From: Callorhinchus milii
Taxonomy: Eukaryota
Reading direction: 5' to 3'
DNA: 64,000 nucleotides
NCBI RefSeq assembly: GCF_018977255.1
Contig: NW_024704743.1
Coordinates: 31,002,001-31,066,000, forward strand
In this document: piece by piece, positions 1 to 13,930 of the stretch
Layout of the letters: each line of letters opens with the position of its first letter
Position numbering within the stretch: position 1 is the first letter of the stretch
Position numbers and translations under genes: made by a program
The notes under the pieces: generated by a model
Database searches by the model: none
What the model was told of the DNA's origin: nothing
Seen by the model: only the letters and a program-made list of their open reading frames with translations

Positions 1-264
1 TATTTGTGTTGCTGAAACAAACTTGCACATGGCATGATTGAACTCTGCTTTTCTTGAAGCAAGAGATTGAAATTCTTTCCCTGAAACAACAATATTCTCA
101 CCTTCAGAGGAGCCAGTGTGAGTACTGAAGATGGAATGACATTGAATAATCAGAAATATTCATATATTTCCTTCTATTCCTTGGGATTAAAGATAGAATA
201 AATTGGTAGAACAAGCTCAAGCGGCTGTTTGGCCTCCTCCTCCTCCTCTTGTTTTCCAGTATAC

Positions 265-430
265 GCAGGATAGGATTAGGCTTGGCTCTGATGCCATTCA
301 CTGTCTAAAATTACATGTGAAGAATGGCTACGTGGGCAACATGCTAGAGGGTGTCTGGCACCTGTGAAATCCTACACCAACAGTGTCATCGTCTTTAGCA
401 GAAAACTGAAACAGAATAGGAGAAACTGAA
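265..430 (+). repeat. Fragment of old dispersed SINE-like family X
   Basis: ggataggattaggcttggct...tgaagaatggc...agaggg matches copies at 21058-21235 and 29178-29365. Confidence 0.55.
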
Positions 431-884
431 ATAAAACAGATCGTTAATTCTTTTAAAAAAAAGTAAGTGCTAAATCTTTGAACCCATTTCATCAAAAATC
501 AAATCAGACTTTTGGGCTTGAATGTCAAATTCAACCTTTAAATACCTTACCTCCTTTCTCTATTTGCTCATTCCCCATACAAAACAGTATTGAAATGTCA
601 CACCTTTGTTTTGTATTCTCTAGCTTGTTTTACATTTCCCATTCAAAGCAGTTCATTTTCTGTTGATGGCTCATCAAACTAGCTTTTGGATGTTACTTTT
701 TTTTAAACTTTCTTCTAATTTTCTTCCTCCTAACTGGTCCTCTATACCAGTTTGTGCTCCTGAACCCTGCGCCATCCTCACGGTACAGGGCATGACAGAT
801 ATGAAAAAGACATTGGGTCAAGCCTCAGATGGGAGTCTGCTTTGGGGCAGCATGTTGCAGAAAAGAAATCACAATCCTGGAGAA

Positions 885-1250
885 AGGGAACAGCAGAGAT
901 TCACGAGATTGACATCAAGGCTGAGATGCTATAACTTGGCAGAGAGACTTGACAAATTACAACTGTGTTAGTTCAAATAGAGGTTAAGGGTGATTAAGAG
1001 AGCTTTTCAAAATTATGAACAGTTTTAATAAGGTAAGTAGCGGGGGGCTAACTGGTTGGGTGCTTGGTGTGGTAGAAAATGAGGGAACAAACCAGGATAT
1101 CATCATAAAAAAAGGGAGAGTTTAGGTTTATTAAAATGTTGAGCACATTATCACAATCAGCTGTTGAAACCAAGTATGCAACAATATTTAAAAGGGAATT
1201 GTATAAAGGTGTATGATTCTTGGCTTTATGGAGTCATTTTGCTCTCAAGT
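885..1250 (+). mobile_element. Degenerate CR1 LINE 3' fragment
   Basis: QRFTRL...YNLAERLDKLQL resembles the CR1 ORF2 C-terminus and parallels 16350-16460. Confidence 0.65.
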
Positions 1251-1975
1251 CTTTTTTCAGACGTTGCTGGCTTTCAGGAATGGCCATCAACAATTTTGTG
1301 AATCTTGCAAATCAAACAGCTTGTGATATTCACAAACAGAAATCCCAATTGATACTTCCAGACCTCCAGACAGATCATATTCTTAAGAGATCTAATAAAT
1401 CAGAGATACAATCATCCACACTGATGATGCAAGGTATGTGGTGGAATGCTCAGATAAACACATGAAAAAGATTCGAGCAGTCACTCATGTTCCTTACTCA
1501 TTAACATTCCCACTGGCACTGTGAGCCCAATCCTCAAATGGGATTATTGCAGTCGTTAACTGTGGATAATTAATTGGGTATTTCTGATGCTGGTTTCTCA
1601 GCGAAACGGTTTGTATATGCTGATCACCAGGATTTAACGAAAGAGCTTGATAAGTAATATGATGAACCAGGCAGTCAGAAAGAAAATGAACACCTCCAAG
1701 TGCTCAGGTCATGAAAGGGAGCAATGTCCCTCATTAAACATGAGTATTATTATTTATTAATAATGTATAAGAATCCCTGCATTTGATATAGTGCCTTATC
1801 AAGTCATGAGATGTCTCTAAGCATTTCAAAGGATATACTGTAAAGTAGTGTGACTGTGTATTTTGTGGGTGAAACACTGCCCACAATATTCCCCCCAAAC
1901 TGAGTTAAAGGTCAGTATCCTGTGACCTAGCCAGGATGAGCTAGTATTTAACCCATTTGCCAATTCCCTAAATTG

Positions 1976-2354
1976 TAATAATAATCTTTGCATTTTGATA
2001 TAATGCCTTTTACGTCAGGGGGATGTCTCAAAGCCTTCGCAGCAGTACTGCAGTGACTATGTTTTTGTTGGCGAACACGGCAGCTAATTTACGCACCCAC
2101 AAACAACCAGAAAGTGAATGACCAATTTTTATCTGGGGGGGTTTTATATAACAACAATGTCCTGGAATTTTGAATGTTTAATTGAACAAGCAGAAAGAAA
2201 TGGGTTTAACAACCCATTCCAAAGGATGGGACATCCACAATACTGCATTGGAGTGTCAGCCTGGAGTGCATGAAGTCAAAAGTCTCAACCTGGGGCTTGA
2301 ACCTATAACCTGCTGACTCAGTGAGAGGAATGCTACCAACTGAGCCAGCTGACA
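1976..2354 (-). mobile_element. Deu-domain tRNA-derived SINE (SacSINE1-like), degenerate
   Basis: Minus strand reads tggctcagttggtagca head, ggttcaagcccc B box, gttaaacc...ctgcttgttca Deu-like core and (att)n tail. Confidence 0.75.
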
Positions 2355-5300
2355 GAAGTTAGATCACATTGGAAGCCCAACATTAGTAATCAGGTGAACT
2401 AAGAACTACATTTGAACCCAGGTCCCAAAGGTGAAAGGAAAAAAGAAAAGGTGTGGTGGGTTTCACTGTGGTAACCTATTCCTCAAGGGGAAAGAACACA
2501 TAATTGTGGCGCCATCGCAGTGGCAAGAACAGATTTGTATTGTATACAAACATCACTTCCTGAAGGCTGCAGCTCCCTTCAATGAGTCATCGAGTAACCT
2601 CCTGCAAATACTAGTTGCCTCAGAAGACTACTGTCTAAAAGCCCTACCCTGAGGATCGTCACAAAGATTTGCTGTATATCACAAAACCTGTAAACCACAG
2701 ATTAATGTTTTAGTGCTCCTACCCAGCCAGTCAATATTTGCTCAGGATGAGGTCAAAGTTTCAAAACACTGTGACATTACTCACAAGACGCACAATGTTT
2801 TCTCTTGGATATTTACGTTGCTCTTTGCGGCTCTCTGAGGGAACAGTTCAAATTTTAGAAGTAACTTGAAGAAAAAAAAATGAGTGTTTTATCCCACTCA
2901 AGTTGATTATCTGTTAGTTTTGTTTTAAAAAAATGACTTCTAAAAGTTTTTTGGGGGGAATGTATTTGCATCTGTTTTCTCTTTTTCCCTCACCCCTGTA
3001 CTCCCCAATTTTCTGAGTCCGGTACAAAACTCACTGTGTAAGGCAGGCAGGCAACAGTGGAAACAATTCACTATTTCTTGTAGCAGAATGGCCCCTGAGG
3101 GAATGAATCTCTGTCTGGCTGAAAATTGGTCATTCACTTCATGGTTATTTGTGCACAAATTGGCTACCATGTTTGACTTACAAAATGCACATCACTGCAC
3201 TTTACAGCAAATCCTGTAACCAGGATTGAGATGTTCAGGTTTGATAAACAAATTAAACAATTTAGTTCTGAAAAGGCACAGGGGAAAGCATTTTCTAGAA
3301 GTATGGGAGAGAGAGGATGTTCAACCCCAAAGAACACAATGCATTTTCTATCCCTGTGATAACTATCACATCACATACTGCATTAATCCCACCCCCCTTA
3401 TATCTCAGAATGAGTTAGCACCTTCAGGCAAGGAATGTTAAATAGGGAAAATGAATGAAGAAAAAATATCTAATTATCTGTCAAACATGTTTGATTTGAA
3501 GGGTACTTCTGCCCACCAAGAGGGTAAGGAAGCTGAGCCAAGCTGGAACCCAACACTAAAAATACCCAAACGATTCTCTTTCTACCTCTCAACCCTGTGA
3601 CCATTTTCTTTGTAACAAAAAAAACATTTTCAACAAAAACAATCCAGTGAGTCTGCAGTACATCTGATGAAGCAAACATAAATAAAATGTTCGATTCTAA
3701 ATTAAATACCCTGTACTGCAGCAACTGAAGTCCCTCCCAAGGACCTACTCGGACTATAGTAAAACAATGGGAATCTCTCTTATGGCTCAAAAAGATCTCA
3801 GGAGATTATTTGTGTGCAATGGTTTAATTTTGAGATCCAGATCTGTATATATTCATCAAGCGTCAGCTCCTCATGTCACTAAAGGGTAATCAAGTTACCA
3901 CACAAGCAAAGTCTGTTCAATAAAGCACAGTGCCTGCAAAGTGCCAGAAATGACAATATAGTATTTACAATCCAATACAAAATTACACTGTAAAGCTCCT
4001 TTACAGAATTAGCAATGTCACTGACAAGAAATTTTTATCATTCACTGGAACCAAAATCCAACTTTATTTTTAAAAACAAAGTTTGCTTCAGACGCGTCAT
4101 CAGTTTCATTAAAAAACACAGCTGTAGCTTCTTTGACTGAAAGGAAGAAAAACATGAACCTGTTGTTAGGAGCACATTTTATAGATGGTTCTATGAGATC
4201 TACAGTATTTCTAAGACATGGTCAGTTCCACATGCCCTACTCAGAAGATTGCACACATATCAAAAGCACATAGTTTAAATGATGCAAGTCTCTGACTTTA
4301 GTGCAAGTAATTGAAACCCGTAAGGCAAACTTCAAAAATAAGACTGCAGTGAAAGCGATCTATGAAGGAAGCCTCATTGTCTTTGTAAATAACAGGATAT
4401 CAACAACAATAGCAACAACAAATTGCCTTTAGATAGTGCCTTTCAAGTTGGAAGGATCTCCCAAGGTGCTGGACAATAAGGGGTTTCATTCGAGCTGCGG
4501 GTAGGGATCAGAGTGTGGTGCAAGGCAAGAGGGGGTGGAGGAGTATTGTGCAATTTGTTTGTAAACAAGAGAGATCACAAGAGAGGCTTGAACACAGAAG
4601 GCTTTTCGGTACATTTGTGATGCCAGCATTAGTGAATCCCCATTAGAGCGTCAAGCTGTTTCTTCAATGAGTCCATCGTCCTGACCTCCACTATCTTCCT
4701 GGTAACTCCTTCCAGTTGTTACTTTACAAGGCAGCGTAATAATAAACTCAATCATTATACCGTTATAACTTCATTGTATCACCAGTTGTGGAATATATTA
4801 CATTTAAATGAGTCTGGCAAGAACACGCTGCAAATGTTAATGCTGCAGATTGACCTTTCCTGGTGGCTAGTAAACTGGCTGAAAAACAACTGGCAGAGAG
4901 AACGTTGGCCGAATGAGGGAAGAGGGCTTCCTTTAATGACCGCCATGAATCATCCAGAGGAAATAACTGTGCAGAGGTATCTAGAAATCTGAGGATCGAG
5001 TTCAAACTCAACCCAATGGAGGAACGTTGTTTTAAGAATTCTCAGGCATGAAGTACTGCTGTGTACTAAGAGGAAACTTAATTTGACCAACTCAAATTTC
5101 TTATTAAGAATTCCTGTCAAGAAATACCGCAAATTAAGAGTATATTCTGCTTAATCCACTCCCACACAATCACAATGCCTTTGTTGATGTCCCGTGTGCT
5201 TCTAAACAACTCTAATGCAATATTAATAAAAAAACATATGAATTGAAAATTATTTAAGATATTATAAAAAATGTGCTAGTTATTTATCCACAAACTCACC

Positions 5301-6611
5301 AAACAATAGAGTGACGTTTGGATCACATCAATTTACGACTGTACCCTTCCCCCTTGCTGCACCCAACTTGACATCAACCCTTTTAAATCTGTCAATGCTA
5401 ATAGTTTACACAACAATTTGTCATCAAGAAATATTTCATCCCTACACACAAATCAAAAGGGAACAAGGTATGCTGGTTCATGATCACCCCGATGAGTCCG
5501 GTGACTCAAATGATAGCATTATATTTGCATGCCTTCTTGCTGTGTCCAAACACCAGGGAATTTTGCAAAGCACTCGTTTTTCAACAAGGATCAGCATATG
5601 CCTTTCATACTTCACTATAACTGAAGGAATATTTGCAGGTTATAATTCAGGAAAGCATATCGTTGTCTTCCTGAATTTTACATTGAGAAATGGCAGTGGA
5701 GAAGCATGAACGAATTCACCTCAACCACAGTGATAATAGTAGCCATCATGATCATTTCCCAGTTACACACACACACACACACAGTGCTGCTCAGTACCAG
5801 AATAATGCAGATCCTTCTCACTGATAGACAGTGAGTTTGTCCCTGTTTTCAGGAGGTTTGGAGCAGGTTCAGACCCTGGATCAGTGTACTCCTCACGCTG
5901 GAGGAGTGGGACTGATCCAGGCTGTGCAAGCTGGTCCTCCAGTAGAAAAACAAACATTTGTCTTATCCAATGCAAATGAGCACTGAATGTCATCACACTG
6001 CTGATCAGATCATTCCTCATCTTTGTGTTTAAACACACCAATTGTGGGGTTGAGAACATTTCATTGTGGTAACGTTTCACCCATGGCATATTCACAACAG
6101 TTTGTCATCCAGGGGCTTTCTAGGAAAAGCTTAACAAGACTGGCAAATACCAGGTTACATAACCAGCATTCATTTTGAAGGCACCTCAAAGTAAAGTTAA
6201 CCTGAAAAGAAAATCAGGGGTGAGCAGGGAGGGGGTGTCTGACATCACCTCAGATTACTTCCACATTAAGGCATAACTCAACCCACGTTGCAGCAGTCTA
6301 GGCTGAAAGGTCACTGGTTTTGTTTTTAATCAGCACAGAGCTGCTGAAGGCCCAGGACAAGGATTGCAGCTCATCGGCTTTTGTTTGAACAACGAGCTGA
6401 CACTGTGATGTTTGATGATTGGGGCGATGACACTGAGGACAGAGGGTTGAAGCTTGATGAATCTCTTGAATTGTAGTGATGAATCTCATTTATCCTATCT
6501 TGTTTCCCTCCTACTCTTGTTCAACCTTTTCCGATAAAAAAGTTATTAACACCCTAATAATTAAAAAAACGTGATTCCATTGATACTGTTGAACAGTTAT
6601 TGGTCAAAGTA

Positions 6612-7765
6612 ACAAATGACAAATTACATGTTATCCATCTGTGACCAGGGCTCCCTCTGTCTCCTAGTCCTCTCTGCTGCCTTTGACATCGTTGATCACT
6701 CTATCCTCCTCCACCGCTTTTCCTCTCACCTCAACCTTCATGGTTCTCTCCTTGACTGGTTCAGATCGTACCTCTCACACCATCTCCACTTTGTCTCCAC
6801 AAATGGCTTTTCCTCCAGGTCCGTACCGTCTTGTGCGGGGTTCCTCAGGGATCTATCCTCGGTCCTCTCCTCTTCAACATGTACATGCTCCCTCTTGGTG
6901 ACTTCATCCACAGACATGGAGTCAACTTCCGCATGTATGCAGATGACACCCAACTCTATCTCTCAGCCTCACCCTTGACTCCAGGACCACTGTTGTCCTG
7001 ACAGAATGTCTGTCAGACATCAAGTCCTGGATGAGAGCTAACTTTCTCCAGTTGAACATCAATAGGACTAAGGCTCTTCTGATTGGCTCCCGTCAGTGCT
7101 TCCACACCTCAGGCGATGGCAGCACCACCATCCATGGACCCACACTCCACCTCACTAAGCCGGTCAGGAACCTTGGCATCTTGTTTGACGCTCAATTGTT
7201 CTTTCTACCCTACATCCGTGCCATGACCCGCTCTCCCATCCCCCACTTCCGCAACATCGCCCGGCTCTGACACTGCCTCTCCCCTCAGGCCGCTGAAACC
7301 CTCATACACATTTATTACATCTAGGATTGACTACGCCAAGTCCTTGCTTGTCAGCCTTCCTAACTCTTCCTTCCACAAGTTGCAGATCATCCAGGACTCC
7401 GCAGCTGGTGTCCTCTCCAGCACCAGGCTCCGTGACCCCATCACCCNTCGCCTGGCTACACCGGCTCCCTATTCCCCAGAGGATACAAGTCAAAGTCCTC
7501 ACCTTCAAGGCCCTCCCCAGACTAGCTCCTTCCTATCTCTGTGACCTGCTAATCCCATATCAACCTGTCCGCGCTCTCTGCTCAGCAGGCTTTGGCTGCT
7601 CCACGTCCCTCACCCAGGCACGCCCCACCATTGGCGGTTGGGCCTTCAGACTTACTGCCCCCACCCTTTGGAACTCCATCCCTCAGTCACTTTGCTTTGC
7701 TCCCTCCCTTGCCTCCTTCAAGGCACGTCTCAAAACGCTCCTCTTCCTCTGCGCCTTTGGCCTAT
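6612..7765 (+). mobile_element. L2 LINE ORF2 fragment (RT core to C-terminus), frameshifted
   Basis: LVLSAAFDIVDHSILL, YADD at 6936-6947 (MYADDTQLY), MRANFLQLN, VRNLGILFD, WLHRLPIPQRIQVKVL, FKARLKTLLF. Confidence 0.95.
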
Positions 7766-7978
7766 TTATGTCCTTAAAATCGTAATGTTTAGCTTTAGGG
7801 CAGAACCCACCCAACATAACCAGAAATATCCTCAAATTGCTTTGCATTGAGATTGTAGCTATGCCTACGGCATGGATGTGGGGTAGAAAGAACAACCCAA
7901 GCTAAGTCCATGAGTCTGCAAGTGGCCAATTCCTCATCTCAAGCACTCCAAACAGAGGTTGTGCTAAGTGGTGAGGAA

Positions 7979-8310
7979 ACAACAACAACAACAACAAGAT
8001 TCCATTTATAGAGCGTCTTTCAGGTAGGGAGGACGTCCCAAGGCGCTGTACAGTTGGGTCAGGACCCGAGCGGGGGGGAAATGGTCAGGGTGAGGGGAGG
8101 GAAGGGAGGGAGCGAGGAGGGGGTAGAGAGTCGAGAGGGGAGCTGAAGGCACGGTCAAAGAGAAAGGTCTTGAGACTGGCCTTGAAGGAGGAAAGGGAGG
8201 AGGCGGCGAAGGCACTGGAGGATAGAGTTCCAGAGCCTAGGGGCTGAGAGGCTGAAGGCCCGGCCACTGATGGTAGGGCGGTTGGGGCGGGGGGTGTGGA
8301 GCAGACCGGA
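7979..8310 (-). mobile_element. Young L2 3' fragment with (TTG)n tail
   Basis: Near-identical to 34683-35125 and 55733-56060; encodes SFKASLKTFLFDRAF. Confidence 0.95.
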
Positions 8311-8369
8311 AGGAATATTGGAGAGAAAATTTCCTCAGGGATGCGTATTACAGTGCCATTGTGGAGGTA

Positions 8370-8550
8370 ATAATTCCTTAATAAATAAATTGGTCATTTC
8401 AATCCACGACTGTTTGTGGGACACTGCTGTGCACAATTGTCTGCCGCGTTTTGCCCACAAAATATACAGTTAATTCAATTTACAGTAAGCGCTTTGAGAA
8501 ACCTCGAAGACGTGATAATAATTTTGAAGGCGTTACATCAAATGCAAGTA
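8370..8550 (+). mobile_element. SINE 3' half
   Basis: aaattggtcatttcaatccacgactgtttgtgggacactgctgtgc...gcgctttgaga...aaatgcaag, shared with many other copies. Confidence 0.85.
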
Positions 8551-10239
8551 TCATTGGGAGCTGGTTTCATACTCGTCTTCTCACCCAGGAAAATGGGGTG
8601 AGGCGCGAGGGAAAACACAATGTGGGAAACAGTCCAGCCTCTGTACCTGCACTTCACACCAATAGCTCATACTAGATCTGGGACTAGATCACGGTGTCTT
8701 CCAGTGAATGAACCAGCATCAATATGGAAACATTTTCCATACTTTGCTCCAGCTTGTTAAAATCTAATGCCAGACATACCAGCATTTTATAATCAATATA
8801 AGTCAAAAATAATATTTCACCAGGGCTTGACGGAAGACAATTCAGATTAGTTTCGCTGTGTTCAATAAGAACAGACAGACTGGATAAATAGGAACAATTT
8901 TCATAGCTTACGCAGTTGGTAAAATGAGAGGATGACATTGCTGAAATAAATAACTTTAAACTTTGTGTAATAAGCAGCACTATGTATGAGGTGTAATTAG
9001 AGAGCTTCGTTATTTCAAGCCTTCAGACTTGAGGAATGGATCAACACCTCTGGGATTAGATTCGTACGCAGCCAGAAAGTTTTTTTTCTCTGTCGGCTAT
9101 TAAAGGTCCTAAACAAACCAAGTTACAGCACACCAGCTCCCGTAGACACAGCCCCACAGCATAAAGCTATTCTTACAGCACAACTGGCACCAAAAAAAAT
9201 CTTTAGAACCTTATTCTAATATCTAATAACATTAACATATTCAAGCCGATGATAGCAAAGCACGCCTGACAGATGGTATTCCTGCCCTTTCAAAAGTGAC
9301 AGATGTATCCTGAGGGTGTAATAATACCTAATTTTTTTCCATTTCATAACAGTCTGTTGAGTCTGTCTCTTGTAATATTTCCAACAAAAGTGCTACTGGC
9401 TTAGAATAGGCGTAAAGATTTGCAAAGTGACTTGGCTTGGTGCTGCAGAGGCTTTAACATGTGCTGTCAATTTGTCCCTTGAAGGAGTGAGATTCCTGCC
9501 TCTTTGGAAGGCAGCTTGATTTGTTTGAATATTTACATCCAGTGAGAGCCATAGTCTGGTATGACCAATTTTTTTCTTCCTCATTATAGAAGCAAACCCA
9601 GAAAAGTACTGGCAGTTTTCAAAGTAAATGGGTCTGGCAGCACAGAGCATTGCCTTGGGTCAGGTCCTCTACTCAGACAGCACTTAAACCCAGTTTCAGA
9701 GAGTTCACTGTTTCAGATAGCCTGCTTGCACTCCACTGCCATTCTGTACATGAACGTTCACTAGTGGTTTAAATTCAAGACTCTTTACCATTGCCTCAAG
9801 CAATTTTTATGTGTGTTTATCTGTAGCCAAGAGGAAGGGCTGTAACATCAGCTTGTCATGACAAACTAATAATGCAGGTTTTGGCACTGCTCGCCTGTCC
9901 TGACCTGTTCTGGAGATTGGAGAAGGTCCAAGGCTAGAAACAGAAAGTGTGACTTAGAAACAAGTGCGGAGGTGAAGCTTTGCACATGCACAGTTGTTAT
10001 CATGATCTCACGCCAGTGTTTTGTAGACATTACAATTCCCGACATCACAGTATTTCAGAAACAGATTTGGTTCACAAATAACTTAATGTATCTTCAGTAG
10101 TCTAATTACTTTCGTGTGGAAGAATTGTTCTTGCGTTCAGCATTTTCCATAGCTGAGTGAAAGATTAAATGGACTGTGCTGTTTAGATTTGCATTTTGAC
10201 TGTTTTTATTTGTAGTTGGTAAAAATCCTACAAGCCTTG

Positions 10240-10610
10240 TGTCAGAAGGTTGTGGGTTCATGCCCGACATCAGGATTCTGAAATAACTCCAATGACACTC
10301 CAACACCATGATGGGGGAGAACTGCATTGCCAGAGGTGTCATCTTTCAGATGAAATGTTAATTGTTTTGGTGTAAAGTTTCTATGGCTCTCTTCAAGAAG
10401 AAAAGGGAGTCTTCCACAGTTGCCTGACCAACAATCCTCCAGGTAAAACTGATTCATTCACTGCATGGCTGACTGTGGGACACTGCTGTGCGCAATTGGC
10501 TGTCTTGTTCACTTACAAAAACAGTCACGACAGTAAATCCAGTGAATGATTTCAAAACGTTTGACGACACAATAAAGCTCAATATGAAATGGAAGATTTT
10601 TTTATTATTA
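10240..10610 (+). mobile_element. Deu-domain tRNA-derived SINE
   Basis: gtcagaaggttgtgggttca B box, gaggtgtcatctttcagatgaaatgttaa Deu core, gtgggacactgctgtgcgcaattggc and tail. Confidence 0.8.
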
Positions 10611-12614
10611 TATCCTGGCACATCAATGATGCATTCATCAGTATTCAGTACGCAACATAACCTGACAGAAATTTAAAAAAATGCATTGAAAATCAAAGCC
10701 AAAAATGATTATTTGTTTAAGAGGAACTTCTTTGGCAAAATAAAGCTGAATACAGTACAACATTCACCATTGACAGCCTGTACTCCATAAGGTTGGTGTT
10801 CAGGCCAAATTGATGTTTCCAGCCTGAACTGAAAGCCTTAGATCATAGGCTGTAGATCTAGAAGTGAAAAATTTAATTCATGTGTGAAGCAGATGATTCT
10901 CCACCCACTTCCCCCCACAAGAGTGGGATGGGGAAGGCAGGATATTAATCCAGCATTCACACAGGGACAGTTTTAAGCATCCCTGCTTTTCTTCTCTCAA
11001 GGCAGTGGTTTAAGTGCCATTCTCAGAAACTACAGCTTAAAATACACAACTCAATTTCAGAACTTTAGCATTTTAAACCATATCTTAAGTTCTTGATATG
11101 CAAAATGGAAATATTCCTGGATAAATATTTTGTCAGTTTATTTTTTCCCCTGGATGGGTCATATTTAAAAGAAAGTTGCCAAATTAACACCTACAAATAT
11201 ATAGTCACTGCACCTTACAACATCTTGTAAAGCGCTTTTAAGTCATCTTCCCGATATGAAAGGCACAATATCAAATACAAAGATCATTATCATTCTATAA
11301 TTACGCTTTCACTGAAGTACCCAGGGACTTGTTGCTAATCTGTTCTGGTTTGCAGATCTTGTTTTGTTAGTTAAAAGCTATTGACTGAAAACATTTTGTT
11401 TGGTTGAAACATCAACACATTTTTATAGAGTAAGACTTTAATTCAGTCTAAAATAAAATAAAGTTATTGTACCTAAATAGTCGTAACAAATGTTGGGAAC
11501 GTAAGTAATTGCTGGTGTCGTATCACAAAGGTTGAGTGGTTGACTTAATGCAACCATGTCTCTGCTGAAATGTGGCTCAATTGCGACGCTGAGAGGGACA
11601 ATATCCTGAAGCATTGATCCCAGATTTCCTATATTTTTTCCTGTATTCCCTTTCTGATTTTCCTGTATTTACAATGAAGAAAACACCAGGAAAAGGACAG
11701 AAACAATGCAACTATTGAGAGATCTATTGAGAGATTTTCATCCAAGGTTAAAACGTACACAATGTAATGGTCCTTTACAGTTCTTTACTCTGCCTCCAGT
11801 TAGCAGACTTCCTCTTTCAGCTGAGTCAAAGCCCACTTCATGGTCACCACCACATTTCTCTCAGATGAGACAACCTCCCACCCCCTTAAATTCTCCAACT
11901 GTAACCACTTCACTTATTTTTCTTGGACACAGGAAAGCTGTACTGAGGCAACGATTCCATCTGAATAATGCTGGGCCAAAAGTTTTATTTGAATAGATAA
12001 ATAGGAATACGAGAAGGAATTTAAGCCGGTGGGTGGGGGGGTGGGGGCAGAAGGGGCAGGCAGAAAAAACATGAAAAGAAAGATGTAAAGTAACAATGGG
12101 ACAGTAAATCAGTAAATAAGTAAGGCTTTGGTTTTCGTGGTTTAACTTTAGCATTTCTTGGCGTTCTAAAAAAAAATCTGGGGGTTTGCAGAGATTTCAC
12201 TTACTTGTCATGAGAGGATTCAGATGCCCCTGTGCACACAGATGGGAGAGAGAGGACAGGTTTGTGAGAGGAGGGAGGCACTGCGCATGCATGAGTGAAG
12301 GTGTCTTTCTCCCCTTCATGTGCACAGACCCATCAGAAAGGAGATAGGCGCTCTCACTCATGTCTGGTTGTATCAGAACAGGAAACCATTTGCCATTGTT
12401 TTTCCGCTGTTTATTGGATAAACATCTATTTCATTTTTGTTTTTAATTGGCGGTATTTTATCATTTTTTATCAGATAAAAGCAAAATTCAGATGCCCCTA
12501 TCATGAGGTATAAGCTAAAAATAATGAAGAAAATTGTGGAAGGTACAAGGAAGCCTGATAAACTGGCTGTACTGCAATTCTGTACCTATACATAGAAACT
12601 GCAATAACAAAATT

Positions 12615-12970
12615 CATTTGGAATTTTCAAGTTAGAGGTCAATAGATATTTGTTAGCGATGGGTATCAAGGGATATGGAGAAAATGGAACTGAGGTACAG
12701 ATCAACCATGATCTAATAGAATGGTGGAACAGACTCAAGGGGCTGGATGGCCTACTTCCTGTTTTGTCAGAAGCTGAGGCGCAAAGGGATTTGGGAGTGC
12801 AGGTACATGGCTCATATTGAAAATGGCATCACAAGTGACTCAGCTGACAAGTGACAAGCATTGTAAAGAAAGCTATAATATGCTGGGTTCCAGACACAGG
12901 AACAGAGTATAAAAGAAAAGATGCTAACTTTGTAAAATCATTGGTTAGGTCATAAAGTATGCAAATAGAG
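12615..12970 (+). mobile_element. CR1 fragments (a 3' tail at 12615-12765 followed by an ORF2 piece)
   Basis: Tail gatcaaccatgatctaatagaatgg...gatggcctact matches 16727-16790; agggatttgggagtgcaggtacat encodes RDLGVQVH. Confidence 0.8.
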
Positions 12971-12979
12971 TAATTGCCT

Positions 12980-13345
12980 TTATAATCATAATAATAATCC
13001 TTCCATTTGATATAGCGCCTTATCACGTCTCCAAGATGTCTCAAAGCTCTTGATAGGATATACTGTAAAGTGAATTGACTATATATTTTGTGGCCGTAGC
13101 ACGGTAGCCAATTGTGTACAGCAGTGTCCCACAAACAGTCGTGGACTCAGTGACCAAATATTTATTTATAATTTTTTTTGAAGGGATTATTACTCCTGGG
13201 AAAGCAATCCGCCAATTGACTATCAAATGGGTTCCCATTTACTGCTAGGTAAACAGAGGCATGTGGAATAACAAAACTTGCCTAAGGTTTTGCCCTGCCC
13301 AGGAAACAAATTCAGGTCCTCCCACTTGCCAGACGAATGTTCTCA
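12980..13345 (-). mobile_element. tRNA-derived SINE, long-middle subfamily
   Basis: Minus strand: gggcaaaaccttaggcaagtt...cctctgtttacctagcagtaaatgggaacc...caattggcggattgcttt...common 3' half; matches 42503-42835. Confidence 0.88.
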
Positions 13346-13349
13346 ACAA

Positions 13350-13930
13350 ATGTTTAGAGAAACAGATTATAAAAGTAGGAAGTAATGTTAAATCCATATA
13401 AAACCTTGGTTAGACCACATTTGGGACACTTCGTACAGATCTGGTCACCATATTACAAAGGATATTGCAGCATTGGAAAGAGTACAGCGTAGATAGAGGA
13501 ATGTTACCAAGGATGAGTAGATACAGCTCTAAAGAAAGATTGGACAAGTTGGACAGCTTTTCTCTTTGGAGATGAGATGATTGTGAGAAAGCAGTTTAAG
13601 ATTATGAAAAAATTCAATAAGGTGGACGTGGATAGGCTGTTTCCCCTTCCTGGTGAGTCCACAACAAGCGGGAATAAATACTATACAAAATAATTTGTAG
13701 TAGATCTAATTTAAAAGGAACTTCTTCATGCGAAGGGTGGTGAGAATGTAGAACTCATTGCCGGAGGCTGTGATAGAAACAATAAGCAAAATGTATTTAA
13801 GAGAAAACTTGATGCATGCAAATGGGAGAAGCAATAAAGGGTTTTAGGGTATGGGAACAGGAGGGGCGGGGTGCATCGTGTAGAGTATAAACACCAGCAT
13901 GGATGAGTTGGGTCAAAAGGTCTCTTTCTA
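13350..13930 (+). mobile_element. CR1 LINE 3' fragment
   Basis: Degenerate YKTLVRPHL...WSPY...DIAALERVQRR and FFMRRVVRM, followed by a tail. Confidence 0.85.

Noticed and set aside
4763..5132. Overlapping ORFs on both strands suggesting a hidden exon or viral insert
   Set aside because: Short ORFs with no recognisable homology; the third plus-strand frame has several stops.
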